64,000 nt of DNA from a bacterium. Its GTDB lineage: Bacteria; Patescibacteriota; Patescibacteriia; Magasanikbacterales; GWA2-37-8. Positions 7,543 through 16,440 of this stretch are shown piece after piece. The position numbers and the translations under genes were made by a program. The stretch is from the NCBI GenBank assembly GCA_043810165.1, contig JBDROJ010000023.1, positions 4,675 through 68,674 of the forward strand, given 5' to 3'. Under the pieces are notes generated by a model. That model ran no database searches. It was not told the DNA's origin and saw only the letters and a list, made by a program, of their open reading frames with translations. Every line of letters begins with the position of its first letter. The first letter of the stretch is position 1.

Positions 7543-7672
7543 ATAGTGTGGAAGGGGTGTATGTAAAACCAAATTCACCTAACCTTACACAAATTATCCA
7601 TCACCCCAGTTCGCACGTCCTCCACTACCCCGCTCATACGAAAATACCGCTATAATAAGCGGTATTTTTGGT
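7543..7672 (+). repeat. intergenic repeat family, copy C (full length, with terminator hairpin ataccgct-ataataa-gcggtat + T-run)
   Basis: Aligns by eye with copy A over ~95 bp and with copy B over the 28-mer and tail. Confidence 0.8.
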
Positions 7673-7680
7673 TATTGTAG

Positions 7681-8322
7681 CTATAGTTGGTTTATTAGGT
7701 CGTAATTAATTTCTTTAATACTGCTTAACACTCGTGTAGCCAGACTAAAATCATTGTTTTTAGTATGCTTATTGGGGATGGCTATACTTTTCATACCAGC
7801 ACGATGAGCTGCCACTATACCTTTTTGAGCATCTTCTAAAACCAGGCAATTTTTTGGATCTATGTTCAGATCGTTGCTGGCCGTTAAGAATATCTCGGGA
7901 TCAGGTTTGTCTTTAGAAATTTGTTCGGCAGTTACTATAGTTGAAAAGTATTTTTTTAAGTTATTTGAACCTAATACTATATTTACAGCCATTTTTGATG
8001 AGCTGGTAGCTAAACCTAATTCAAATTTTTGCTTCAGCAGTCTAATTGTTTGGCTAACACCTGGAAACAGTCGAGCTTTTTCTTTGAGTATTTTTTTATA
8101 TAATTTCTTTTTTTCTTGGTAAACCATATTTGTATCTAAGTCTATTTTTTCTTGTTTTACGTATTTGTGTACATCTAATCCCTGGGTCGTAAAGTATTTG
8201 TAGAAATTTTTATCGCTTAGTTCAACTCCAAATTTTTTGAGAGTGGTTGTGTAGCAATAACACTGCAAAGGTTCGCTGTCAACGATTAGACCGTCCATGT
8301 CGAATATAATAGCTTTTATCAT
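7681..8322 (-). CDS. HAD-IA family hydrolase (beta-phosphoglucomutase/phosphatase-like)
   Basis: N-terminal IIFDMDGLIVDSE (DxDG) motif and C-terminal LVLEDAQKGIVAAHRAGM, typical of HAD-IA enzymes. Confidence 0.75.
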   Translation of the reverse strand: MIKAIIFDMDGLIVDSEPLQCYCYTTTLKKFGVELSDKNFYKYFTTQGLDVHKYVKQEKIDLDTNMVYQEKKKLYKKILKEKARLFPGVSQTIRLLKQKFELGLATSSSKMAVNIVLGSNNLKKYFSTIVTAEQISKDKPDPEIFLTASNDLNIDPKNCLVLEDAQKGIVAAHRAGMKSIAIPNKHTKNNDFSLATRVLSSIKEINYDLINQL

Positions 8323-8352
8323 ATTTTTTATTAATTAAAATTTATAGAGTAA

Positions 8353-8616
8353 TTGTATACTATTTTTAAATTACACACAAAATTGACTGCTAATTTTGTT
8401 TGTTTAAAAAGAATTAAGGTTGACGGGATCTCAGTCAGCCAGGTAGCTGATGAGCACGGTATTAGACCAAACACAATTTACACCTGGTTGGCTAAAGGCG
8501 TTAACAACGCACCAACCTGGAGTGAGGTATCTAAATTAAAAAAAGAAAACAAGATGTTATTAGAGCTTGTCGGAGAAATTACTGTTAAACTTAGTCAGTC
8601 CCAAAAAAAGAATTAG
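8353..8616 (+). pseudogene. IS3-family transposase OrfA remnant (HTH domain, N-terminus not conserved)
   Basis: See the mobile element entry. Confidence 0.5.
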
Positions 8617-8618
8617 TT

Positions 8619-9170
8619 ATGAATGGTCCTAACAAGACCAAGCTGGCTGAGATGATGGGAGTTTCAAGACGATTATTGTATTATGACCACAAACAACCAA
8701 ATAAAGATTGGGAGTTAAAGACCAGGATAGAACTAGCCTTGCAAAACCATCCTAGCTATGGACACAAAAGACTAGCCACCTATTTAGGCAGAAACAAAAA
8801 AGCAGTACTAAGAGTGATGAATATGTTTGGCATTAAGCCATACCGACGAAAAGGCAAAAAATACAAGTATATTAAGCTAAAAAAGGATAAGATATTTACC
8901 AACCTGCTTTTTGAAGACAAACCACAGTGTCCCAATCACATCTGGGCTTCTGACTTTACCCACATAGCTAAGTTTAACAATAAGTGGGTTTATCTGGCCA
9001 CTATACTAGATTTATTCACTAGAAAGATTGTAGGTTTTAGTATTCTAATGAATCACAGTAACCAACTGGTTATAGAAGCTTTGCTAATGGCCATATTTAC
9101 AAATAATCTAGCAAGAGTTAATTCAAAGACAGCCCAAATAGGTTGTCTTTTTAGTAACTCCAGCACATGA
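8619..9170 (+). pseudogene. IS3-family transposase OrfB, 3'-truncated (integrase core incomplete)
   Basis: HTH_21-like N-terminus and the first DDE motif region are present; the rest of the catalytic core is missing. Confidence 0.55.
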
Positions 9171-9259
9171 TAACTCCTTACAATTATTACAAAGAATTAG
9201 ACGGGCTGGAGTGCGCCCGTACATGAAACAGGAACAGATGGAAGAGAAAGGATATATGA

Positions 9260-9412
9260 CTATTTTTTTTCATCCGGTATTTTTGACGAATCGTCTTGAG
9301 ATTCGTCGTCAACTATTTTTTCTCCATCTACTTTGAACTGATACATCGTTTCTTCAATCCACTCTCTGGTTGAAGGAACTTCAGTTTTTTTGTCCTGCTT
9401 GAGTTTGGGCAT
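9260..9412 (-). CDS. hypothetical small acidic protein (50 aa, MPKLKQDKKTEVPSTREWIEETMYQFKVDGEKIVDDESQDDSSKIPDEKK)
   Basis: Hand-translated. A strong SD (GGGAGGGG) lies immediately upstream of the ATG at 9412, but the spacing is short (~4 nt). Confidence 0.3.
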   Translation of the reverse strand: MPKLKQDKKTEVPSTREWIEETMYQFKVDGEKIVDDESQDDSSKIPDEKK

Positions 9413-9523
9413 TGCCCCTCCCTTGATTTGGTTGTGTCATTAATTATTACTTAAAAATAGTTTTTTGGCAAATTCTATCTTGACAAGAGTTTGAATTTGT
9501 TTTAATATATCAACCAATGTATC

Positions 9524-9597
9524 GCGGTAGTAGCTCAGTTGGCTAGAGTGTTTCCTTGCCAAGGAAAAGGTCGCCGGTTCGAATCCGGTCTACCGCT
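9524..9597 (+). tRNA. tRNA-Gly (anticodon GCC)
   Basis: Acceptor GCGGTAG/CTACCGC, D-arm TAGCTCAGTTGGCTAGAG, anticodon stem TTTCC/GGAAA with loop TTGCCAA, T-loop GTTCGAATC. Confidence 0.85.
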
Positions 9598-9649
9598 CTT
9601 GTTCTAAATAGGATCTACAAAGCAATTTCTAGTTTAAGATCACAAATAT

Positions 9650-9721
9650 CGCGGGGTAGAGCAATGGCAGCTCGGCGGGCCCATAACCCGCAGGTTCCCG
9701 GTTCGAGTCCGGGCCCCGCAA
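9650..9721 (+). tRNA. initiator tRNA-fMet (anticodon CAU) with the C1:A72 mismatch and three G-C pairs at the base of the anticodon stem
   Basis: CGCGGGG...GGGCCCATAACCCGC...GTTCGAGTCCGGGCCCCGCA+A closely parallels bacterial initiator tRNA. Unpaired C1/A72 and the GGG/CCC anticodon-stem end are the initiator hallmarks. Confidence 0.85.
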
Positions 9722-9722
9722 C

Positions 9723-9760
9723 TAAAAAACAGATCGATAGCCGACCTGTTTTTTTATTTG
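9723..9760 (+). terminator. terminator after the tRNA pair (aacag...ctgtt + T7)
   Basis: Short stem followed by tttttttatttgttt. Confidence 0.4.
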
Positions 9761-9769
9761 TTTAATTTT

Positions 9770-10822
9770 TTAGTTGTTAGACAATTCCTTCCTATAGTGA
9801 TGGGCGTACATCTCCCACATGGATAATAACAGCGCAGCTACAATCGGACCGATTATGAATCCGGAGATGCCAAACATCACGATTCCTCCCAGAGTAGAGA
9901 ATAGGATTAGTAGAGGATGCATATTGGTATCTTTGCCAATCAATAATGGTCGTAATAAATTATCAATTGTGCCGATTACAGTGGCACCAAAGATTATTAT
10001 TACCATGCCTTGCCAGACATTTCCGGCAATCAACATTATTATTCCGGCCGGCAACCAAACAATTGATGAACCAACGCCTGGAACAGCGGCCGCCACTATC
10101 ATTATGATGCCCCATACCAAAGCGCCTTCAACTCCGGCGATTATAAAAATAATAGAGCCTAGAAAACCTTGCACAACTCCAATAATCAGAGTTCCTTTAA
10201 TGGCGGCTCGAGCCGTTGAGGTAAATTTGTTATAGAGCATTCTTTCGTTTTTATCGCCCAGGGGAGATAAATACATTAATTTTTTAAGCATATCCTGTCC
10301 ATCGCGTAGGAAATAGAATAGTGTGTAAAACATAATAATGAACATTGCCACAAACAGGAGCGAATTTTGAGTTAGATTTTTTAAGCGTATGAAAATAAAG
10401 GACGTAATTGTTTTGGTAACATCGGAAAATTTTGATACTAGCATTTCTTCATCTATATTTAGATTTTTAGTCAGGGTATTGTTTTTAACCCAATTGACAG
10501 TTTCTTGTACATTTCCAATTATTTGTCCTTTGTTGTTATCAATAGCTGCATAAAGATCCAACGATTCTTTTATAAGCAGACTGCTTAATAAGGTTAAGGG
10601 GATCACGATGATTATAAAAACAAATAACAAGGTTATCATGGCGCTAAGATTTTTCATCTTAAGGTGCCTGGCTAGTTTCAAGTGGATTGGGTAGAAAATA
10701 CTGGCAATTACTGCCGCCCAAAATACCGGCAGGAGAAATGGCTTTATCACATAAAAAAATGCTATTGTGATAAAGGCTAGCAAGCCAAAGAATAAAATGG
10801 TGCGTAGTTTGGCAAAGTCCAT
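9770..10822 (-). CDS. AI-2E family transporter (PerM/UPF0118)
   Basis: 350 aa, 8 TM helices, conserved C-terminal GISGFIIGPIVAALLLSMW-type segment typical of the AI-2E family. Confidence 0.75.
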   Translation of the reverse strand: MDFAKLRTILFFGLLAFITIAFFYVIKPFLLPVFWAAVIASIFYPIHLKLARHLKMKNLSAMITLLFVFIIIVIPLTLLSSLLIKESLDLYAAIDNNKGQIIGNVQETVNWVKNNTLTKNLNIDEEMLVSKFSDVTKTITSFIFIRLKNLTQNSLLFVAMFIIMFYTLFYFLRDGQDMLKKLMYLSPLGDKNERMLYNKFTSTARAAIKGTLIIGVVQGFLGSIIFIIAGVEGALVWGIIMIVAAAVPGVGSSIVWLPAGIIMLIAGNVWQGMVIIIFGATVIGTIDNLLRPLLIGKDTNMHPLLILFSTLGGIVMFGISGFIIGPIVAALLLSMWEMYAHHYRKELSNN

Positions 10823-10870
10823 ATGATTTGTTTTTATATTATATATATAATTTTAACACAAATATCTGAT

Positions 10871-12289
10871 TTAAGACAGGGTCTTTTTGGATAGTATCTC
10901 TTTGATTGTCTGCTTAGAAATTATTTTTAGAGCCAAGCCCAGTGTTCCATATATTATCATCCCATAAACAATAGAGACTAATACATGAGGCGATGGAAGG
11001 ATGTAAACCAGATAACCCATGACTGCACTGGAAAAAATTATTTTTAGAAATACTTTGCCAGAAGGCCAGAGTTTGGCGTAATAACAAGCCAGCATCATTA
11101 AGCCCAAGCCCGCATAAACTTGAGAGAAAACTGCTACAATAACCGCTCCCCAAACTCCGTACAAAGGTATTAGAATTATATATGCTGTTAACGATATAAT
11201 TGCATCAGTTACATAAATCCACATGCTTTGGCGTTGTTTTCCAATTGCCAAAGCAATATGGCCGAAGATCATGCCAAAGACAATTCCAAGCATGGCCAAG
11301 GTGAATACGCGCAAGATAATTCCTGAAGAAATAAATTCATGGCCACCAACTAATTTCATAATTGGAGTGGATAAAACCAGTATGCCGACAATCATTGGTA
11401 AGACCATTAAATTTACCAGATCAAAACTCATTTGAAAATATTTTTTAAATTCTTCGGATTTTTTGCTTGCCCAAGCGTGAGTAAGCAATGGCAACATAAT
11501 GCCCATTATCATGGCGATTACTTGTGCAACTATTTCCACTACCCGAAAAGCTGCGCCATACAGGCCCACATCAACCTGGCTGGCATATAGCGGTAAAATT
11601 ACTTTGTCGCTTTGTAAGTAAACCGCATTGAAAACCACTGCAATGGCCACGGGCCACATTTTTTTAAAAATATCTTTGGATATTTTTTTATCTAGACAAA
11701 GTTTAATCCTATCACTGCGCAACCACATATAGCCGGTGTAAATACTGGCAGCCACTGTGATCACAAACATCATGGGCAAGAAGCCGTAACTGCCAATCAT
11801 CATTAATGATAACCCTGCTACAAGTACAAGACGGCTAAGCACTTCAGCAGTAACTTGAATTATCATTTTTAATTTATGCTGATAATAACCTATGAAGACG
11901 TGGTTTAGGGATATAAAAAAGAAGGAGAGGGACAAAACCAATACGCCCATTTTTATGGTGTGAGGATATGGCAAAAATAAGAATATAACCGGTGCTGAAC
12001 CATTAAATATCAAGGCTGTGATCAAGCGCCAAGTAAATAAATTATTAAAAAGTTTTTTCTGGTCATGTTTAGATTCAGACAGCATGCTGGCTGTGACAAC
12101 GGAAAAACCGAAATCACAGAGAATTCCAATGAATAGCAAAAAGCCGGTGGTAGTTACATACCAGCCAAATTGTTCCACGCCTAGATGGCGGGTCATGATG
12201 GCAACAGCCAAAAGACCTAAAAAAGTACTTATGGCTTTGCCGATCAACTGGATCATTGTATTGTGTGCGATTTTTTTGGTGGTGGACAT
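10871..12289 (-). CDS. polysaccharide biosynthesis protein / oligosaccharide flippase (Wzx-like, MOP superfamily)
   Basis: 472 aa, ~12-14 TM helices. The N-terminus (TMIQLIGKAISTFLGLLAVAIMTRHLG) resembles Wzx/PST-family exporters. Confidence 0.7.
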   Translation of the reverse strand: MSTTKKIAHNTMIQLIGKAISTFLGLLAVAIMTRHLGVEQFGWYVTTTGFLLFIGILCDFGFSVVTASMLSESKHDQKKLFNNLFTWRLITALIFNGSAPVIFLFLPYPHTIKMGVLVLSLSFFFISLNHVFIGYYQHKLKMIIQVTAEVLSRLVLVAGLSLMMIGSYGFLPMMFVITVAASIYTGYMWLRSDRIKLCLDKKISKDIFKKMWPVAIAVVFNAVYLQSDKVILPLYASQVDVGLYGAAFRVVEIVAQVIAMIMGIMLPLLTHAWASKKSEEFKKYFQMSFDLVNLMVLPMIVGILVLSTPIMKLVGGHEFISSGIILRVFTLAMLGIVFGMIFGHIALAIGKQRQSMWIYVTDAIISLTAYIILIPLYGVWGAVIVAVFSQVYAGLGLMMLACYYAKLWPSGKVFLKIIFSSAVMGYLVYILPSPHVLVSIVYGMIIYGTLGLALKIISKQTIKEILSKKTLS

Positions 12290-12416
12290 ATTGGTTTCAT
12301 TATAACATCTTTTAGCAGAAAAGTAGAGATTGGTCGTTGACCAAATGTAATTATTATGGTATTAATTTGATTAGATTCCTAGATAACACAACCAATGGTT
12401 TGATAAGGATATAAAG

Positions 12417-12953
12417 ATGACAAGACCTGATGATCTGATTGTTAATACTTGGCCTACAGATACTAGGGTTTGTGTTGATGCAAATGGCGTGGTGCGCGCC
12501 ATCACCCTTAGTCTTATGCCCGGTTTGAGGGACAGAGTTGGCATGGATGCGGATTACGATACCTATCGGCGATTGGGCAAAGATGGGAGGTATCGTAGAG
12601 TGCACAATCTGTACGGGGCCTGCCGTGCTCATCGTTATGCATCTGAATTTGAGTTGAATGATGAACGTCTGTCAGTCCGTGGTATTGAGATATGCAATGA
12701 TTTGGGGGTAAGATTGGTCGGGATTGGCAGTCACACGACAGATGAACGGCTGATCACCGAGATTCTGTACCCAGTTCAACGACAATTGTTGATTCTCAAG
12801 CGCGTCTATGACGATCAAAAAGTCAAAGCGCGTTGTCACTTTGAACGCATGGCCGATCTTAAGGATAGCCGTGGGCGGGATAACCCCGGTGCCAAACGGG
12901 TCAGTGGTGTGGTCGCGCGTGTTGCATGGGATAGAAGGTCGGCAAATATTTGA
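12417..12953 (+). CDS. hypothetical protein (178 aa) in GC-rich island B
   Basis: SD (aagga, 7 nt) before the ATG. Protein-like composition. Overlapping alternative-frame ORFs on both strands make the call uncertain. Confidence 0.35.
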   Translation: MTRPDDLIVNTWPTDTRVCVDANGVVRAITLSLMPGLRDRVGMDADYDTYRRLGKDGRYRRVHNLYGACRAHRYASEFELNDERLSVRGIEICNDLGVRLVGIGSHTTDERLITEILYPVQRQLLILKRVYDDQKVKARCHFERMADLKDSRGRDNPGAKRVSGVVARVAWDRRSANI

Positions 12954-12989
12954 CGCATCCAACCATGGCTTAAGTTCTATGACGAGGCC

Positions 12990-13412
12990 ATGCGTGCCAG
13001 GATCATGCAAATTCAATGGCACTTGGAGCAGGCTCGTGGTGTGTATTCTCAAATCAAGAGTTGGTATTGGCAACGTGGGTATGATAATCGCCTTCAGTTC
13101 AAAGATCGAGACGCCATGCTGGTCAAGCTTCGCTACCACATTAGCCGGCTTAACATCAAGCCATACAGGCGGCATTACTTGCATCTATGGAAAGAAGCTG
13201 AAATCATGCAAAATTGTTCTGGGCATGATTGGTATGATCTTTGGGATATGGCTGACCGCGGTTTTCAATCTGCAGGGTTGATGCTGGCGCGTAAGCGGTT
13301 AGAGTTGGCCAAGATGCATCTGCGACTGGCTGGATTAGGCTCTGCAGTGTATGTAGCCTTGTTACCCACCTGTTTTTTTCTAAGCCTAGTACATATGTAC
13401 GGTACCGGGTAA
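12990..13412 (+). CDS. hypothetical protein (140 aa) with a C-terminal hydrophobic segment, island B
   Basis: gaggcc-ATG SD-like context. GC-rich. Follows the previous ORF after a 36-nt gap. Confidence 0.3.
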   Translation: MRARIMQIQWHLEQARGVYSQIKSWYWQRGYDNRLQFKDRDAMLVKLRYHISRLNIKPYRRHYLHLWKEAEIMQNCSGHDWYDLWDMADRGFQSAGLMLARKRLELAKMHLRLAGLGSAVYVALLPTCFFLSLVHMYGTG

Positions 13413-13523
13413 GCCAGTCCGGGCAACCAAAATTCCAAGGAGGTTGTCACCAGCCTCCGCCATTTGTCATAAATTTTTATGACAAGCGGTTGATGCTGGT
13501 GGCAAAATTTTTTTAGATATCAA

Positions 13524-13556
13524 AAAACACTCGGAGATATTCTTGAGTGTTTTTTA
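13524..13556 (+). terminator. intrinsic terminator (aacactc-ggagatattctt-gagtgtt + T-run)
   Basis: 7-bp stem followed by ttttttattt. Confidence 0.5.
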
Positions 13557-13708
13557 TTTATACGGATTTTGTTTTCTCGGTCTAATACTCCTTATTACAA
13601 AGTACCAAAGAATATTAGCGGACCGAGATAAAGCAAAAACCTTACACCCAATCCGCCTCAACCCTATGTTTTTGTTGAAGTTTTTTGGGCGTGATCCGAG
13701 GGAGTGTT

Positions 13709-14047
13709 TTATTTTTCTACCTCCTCGGACTTGGCCAGCTCGGCGTTGATTTTGGCGGACAGCCATGGAGCCAGCTGATCCACCACGATGTCCTTGGCCA
13801 CTCCGATGACCTCCGGGTAGTGTTGGCTCAGGAATTCCTTGATTTTCTTTCTCACTGTCTCGTACTGGGCTTCACCGCCGGCGTTGCCGTTGTCGGTCAG
13901 GTCCATATCAAATTGCTTTTCAGGCCAGTCAGACTCAGGCTTGTTGTCCACCTGCGCCCAGAAGGTTACTCTGGCCTGTTCTTTTTTTTCTCCGAACTTT
14001 TTGAGCTCAATTTTTTGACTAATTAGAGCTGAAAGTATTGGAATCAT
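13709..14047 (-). CDS. hypothetical acidic protein (112 aa), GC-rich, canonical SD
   Basis: AAGGAG 7 nt before the ATG at 14047. Protein-like sequence. The opposite-strand ORF 13685..14026 is rejected. Confidence 0.5.
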   Translation of the reverse strand: MIPILSALISQKIELKKFGEKKEQARVTFWAQVDNKPESDWPEKQFDMDLTDNGNAGGEAQYETVRKKIKEFLSQHYPEVIGVAKDIVVDQLAPWLSAKINAELAKSEEVEK

Positions 14048-14169
14048 GTTGAATGCTCCTTCACATAGGGTAATTATAGGCTAGCAGAAAAAACAGGTCA
14101 TGTAAAGCCCTGAACTCGGGATCCTGTGGATTAAATAAAATCGTTTTTTGTGTTATACTATTACTTGTT

Positions 14170-16296
14170 ATGAAATTGAATTTTAAATTAAAATTATCAA
14201 TTTGGCTTCTGCCTTTACTGGCTGGTTTTGTGTTGTTAAATTCGGCTAAAGCTAGCGAGTTTACCCCGCCAGAGGCCAAATATTTCAGTTATCAAGCTCG
14301 ATATTATAGCCAATCAATTGAGGATCCTATTACCATGGAAGCCGGCAGTACAAAAGAAGTGGTAGTTAAATTCAAAAATTCCGGGCAAAAGATATGGCCG
14401 ACTGATGGATGGAATTATGTTTCAGTTTATACGGTTAATCCTAATTATGGAGCCAGTGATTTGGCAGATCCAAGCTGGCTAAGCGATTATCATCCCATAT
14501 TGATTAGTAAACAAACTGCGCCCGGAGAAATCGGGGAATTTAAAATTAAATTAAAAGCACCGGACAAAATTGGAGAGTATAAACAAGATTTTAATTTAGC
14601 GGTTGAAGACTCCACTTGGATTAAGGGTGGTTATTTTTTTCTTAAAGTCAAAGTAATTCCGGCCAAGCCAAAATATAATTTTACCAAAGAATTGAATGTG
14701 GGCGATGACGGAGAAGAAGTAAAACAATTACAGTTAAAATTAAAAGAATTGGGTTATTATACTCATTCAGAAATAACCGGATATTATGGTGATTTGACGA
14801 AGCAGGCTGTGGTTGAATTCCAAAAAGCAAATAAATTAGAACCTTATCCAGGGTTTGTAGGTCCTGGCACAAGGGCAATTTTGAATAATATGTCTGACGT
14901 CGGTAAGGTTGAGAAGAAAGAAGCTCAATCGGCTGTTGTCCCCATTTCAACAAGTCAAAAAGACAAAGAGGTTGTGCAATTAAATAATGATTATCAAGCC
15001 GACATTATTGGGATTACAAGCAATCGTATTGAAGTCAAAGGAGGTCAACGAGTCAATTTTAAAGTGATATATAATAATTCCGGTGAAAAAACTTGGAATC
15101 AGTATGTTTTGCGCGAAGCCGGCAGTCAGGCCAGCACCAGTATATCCATAGCCAGCGTAAAAGAAATTAGTTTGGCTGATGAAACTTGGCTGACCGATAA
15201 AAAGGTAGTGAGTGGCAGTGGTGTTATAGCTCCGGAAGATGTTTTACGAGTAGCTTTTAATTTTCGCGCGCCAGCTAAAAAAGGAGTATATATAGCTAGG
15301 TTTGATTTAAATATTGATGGGCATATTTTAAATGGAGGCAGTCTGGAAATTCCTGTGATTGTGACAGAAGATGCGCCAACTAATTATCAAGCTCCGGTTT
15401 TATCCGCTGACCTTAGCAATCGAGATTTAATTAAGGAGCCTGATATTAAAGTAGGATTGTATAGCAGTGAAGATCCGGTCAAAGTAAAATCGCCTGTTAC
15501 TTATTTAATATATTCAGGAGATGAATACCGCGGTTTGTTGGTTCCTAACACCGAAGCGATTTTAAGTTATAGTAACGGGATTTATAAATACAAAAGCGTA
15601 GGCCTTGAATTCACCAGTAATAAGCATTTACGTTTGATGCCCGGGACAGCGGACGGGTATTTTATTCTGCCCGAATATGTGCGCACAGTTTCATGGCGAG
15701 GCGACAAAAGCTTCAATGCTTATCGCGGTATTTTGGAATATATTTACTCTCCGCGTAAAAATATACCATATATTGTAAATGAATTGCCATTGGACGCATA
15801 TGTTGCAGGAATAGCTGAAACTTCAAATGAAGCACATGCTGAATATGCCAAAGCTATTTTGGTGGCGGCTCGTAGTTATGCTTATTACAGTATTAATAAT
15901 GGTACGCCAAAAGACCAGCGTACCTTTGATGTTTATGGTAGCACAGTAGATCAATTATATTTGGGGTATATTTCTGAAACATTGATGCCACGCATAGTGC
16001 GGTCGGCCAAAGATACTTACGGAGAAATGGTAACATATAATCGTGAACCTGTTATTACTCCATATTTTGGCCATTCTGACGGAATTACGCGTACCTGGAA
16101 GCAGGTCTGGGGCGGTAGTGATAAACTTTGGATAAAACAAGTTAATTGCGAATATGACCAAGGACTGAGCATGTATGGCCATGGTGTGGGAATGAGCGCA
16201 CGCGATGCATCTTATCGCGCCGGTAAAGATGGTTGGGATTACAAGAAAATATTAAAATATTATTATTCAGGAGTAGAAGTGGAGAAAATTTATTAG
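14170..16296 (+). CDS. secreted SpoIID/LytB-domain protein with a peptidoglycan-binding (PG_binding_1-like) domain
   Basis: Signal peptide (MKLNFKLKLSIWLLPLLAGFVLLNSAKA). LKLKELGYYTHSEITGYYGDLTKQAVVEFQ is a PG-binding repeat. The C-terminal ~300 aa has SpoIID/LytB motifs (LDAYVAGIAETSNEAHAEYAKAILVAARSYAYY, YGEMVTYNREP). Confidence 0.75.
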   Translation: MKLNFKLKLSIWLLPLLAGFVLLNSAKASEFTPPEAKYFSYQARYYSQSIEDPITMEAGSTKEVVVKFKNSGQKIWPTDGWNYVSVYTVNPNYGASDLADPSWLSDYHPILISKQTAPGEIGEFKIKLKAPDKIGEYKQDFNLAVEDSTWIKGGYFFLKVKVIPAKPKYNFTKELNVGDDGEEVKQLQLKLKELGYYTHSEITGYYGDLTKQAVVEFQKANKLEPYPGFVGPGTRAILNNMSDVGKVEKKEAQSAVVPISTSQKDKEVVQLNNDYQADIIGITSNRIEVKGGQRVNFKVIYNNSGEKTWNQYVLREAGSQASTSISIASVKEISLADETWLTDKKVVSGSGVIAPEDVLRVAFNFRAPAKKGVYIARFDLNIDGHILNGGSLEIPVIVTEDAPTNYQAPVLSADLSNRDLIKEPDIKVGLYSSEDPVKVKSPVTYLIYSGDEYRGLLVPNTEAILSYSNGIYKYKSVGLEFTSNKHLRLMPGTADGYFILPEYVRTVSWRGDKSFNAYRGILEYIYSPRKNIPYIVNELPLDAYVAGIAETSNEAHAEYAKAILVAARSYAYYSINNGTPKDQRTFDVYGSTVDQLYLGYISETLMPRIVRSAKDTYGEMVTYNREPVITPYFGHSDGITRTWKQVWGGSDKLWIKQVNCEYDQGLSMYGHGVGMSARDASYRAGKDGWDYKKILKYYYSGVEVEKIY

Positions 16297-16313
16297 AAGT
16301 AACGTGGACAAGT

Positions 16314-16322
16314 TGTGGATAA
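16314..16322 (-). other. perfect DnaA box (tgtggataa), with an adjacent near-box tgtggacaa
   Basis: Exact 9-mer in the SpoIID-rpoB intergenic region. Confidence 0.5.
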
Positions 16323-16411
16323 ATATTTGGTTTTTTATAACCGAATATTTTTTTGGCTAAGTTAAGCTCAGAAATTGTTTACTTGACAAAAATAATTTTT
16401 TCCACATTTAT

Positions 16412-16440
16412 TTGACAAAATCGATAAAAACTGTTAAAAT
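16412..16440 (+). promoter_or_regulatory. candidate rpoBC promoter (TTGACA - 17 nt - TAAAAT), implying a ~310-nt 5' leader
   Basis: Second of two TTGACA hexamers; the first at 16383 has a weaker -10. Confidence 0.4.

Larger units (their letters stand above)
8353..9170 (+). mobile_element. decayed IS3-family insertion sequence (orfA HTH fragment plus 5' part of the orfB DDE transposase, truncated)
   Basis: orfA-like ISVSQVADEHGIRPNTIYTWL HTH with a leucine-zipper tail. orfB-like region HIWASDFTHI...WVYLATILDLFTRKIVGF is the start of the rve/DDE domain, but the ORF stops after ~183 aa with no downstream continuation. Confidence 0.6.

Noticed and set aside
7416-7655. 79-aa plus-strand ORF
   Set aside because: Runs through the GC-rich hairpin element, a T9 terminator and repeat copy C; clearly non-coding.
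9556-9765. 69-aa plus-strand ORF
   Set aside because: Superimposed on tRNA-Gly(GCC) and tRNA-fMet; spurious.
12672-13281. 170-aa minus and 157-aa plus alternative-frame ORFs in island B (also 12354..12632 minus)
   Set aside because: GC-rich DNA generates long open frames in several phases. These lack SD signals while the chosen plus-strand frames have them. Strand assignment remains uncertain and is flagged.
13685-14026. 113-aa plus-strand ORF
   Set aside because: It is the antisense shadow of 13709..14047, which has a canonical SD and protein-like sequence. L/V/F/G-rich junk composition.
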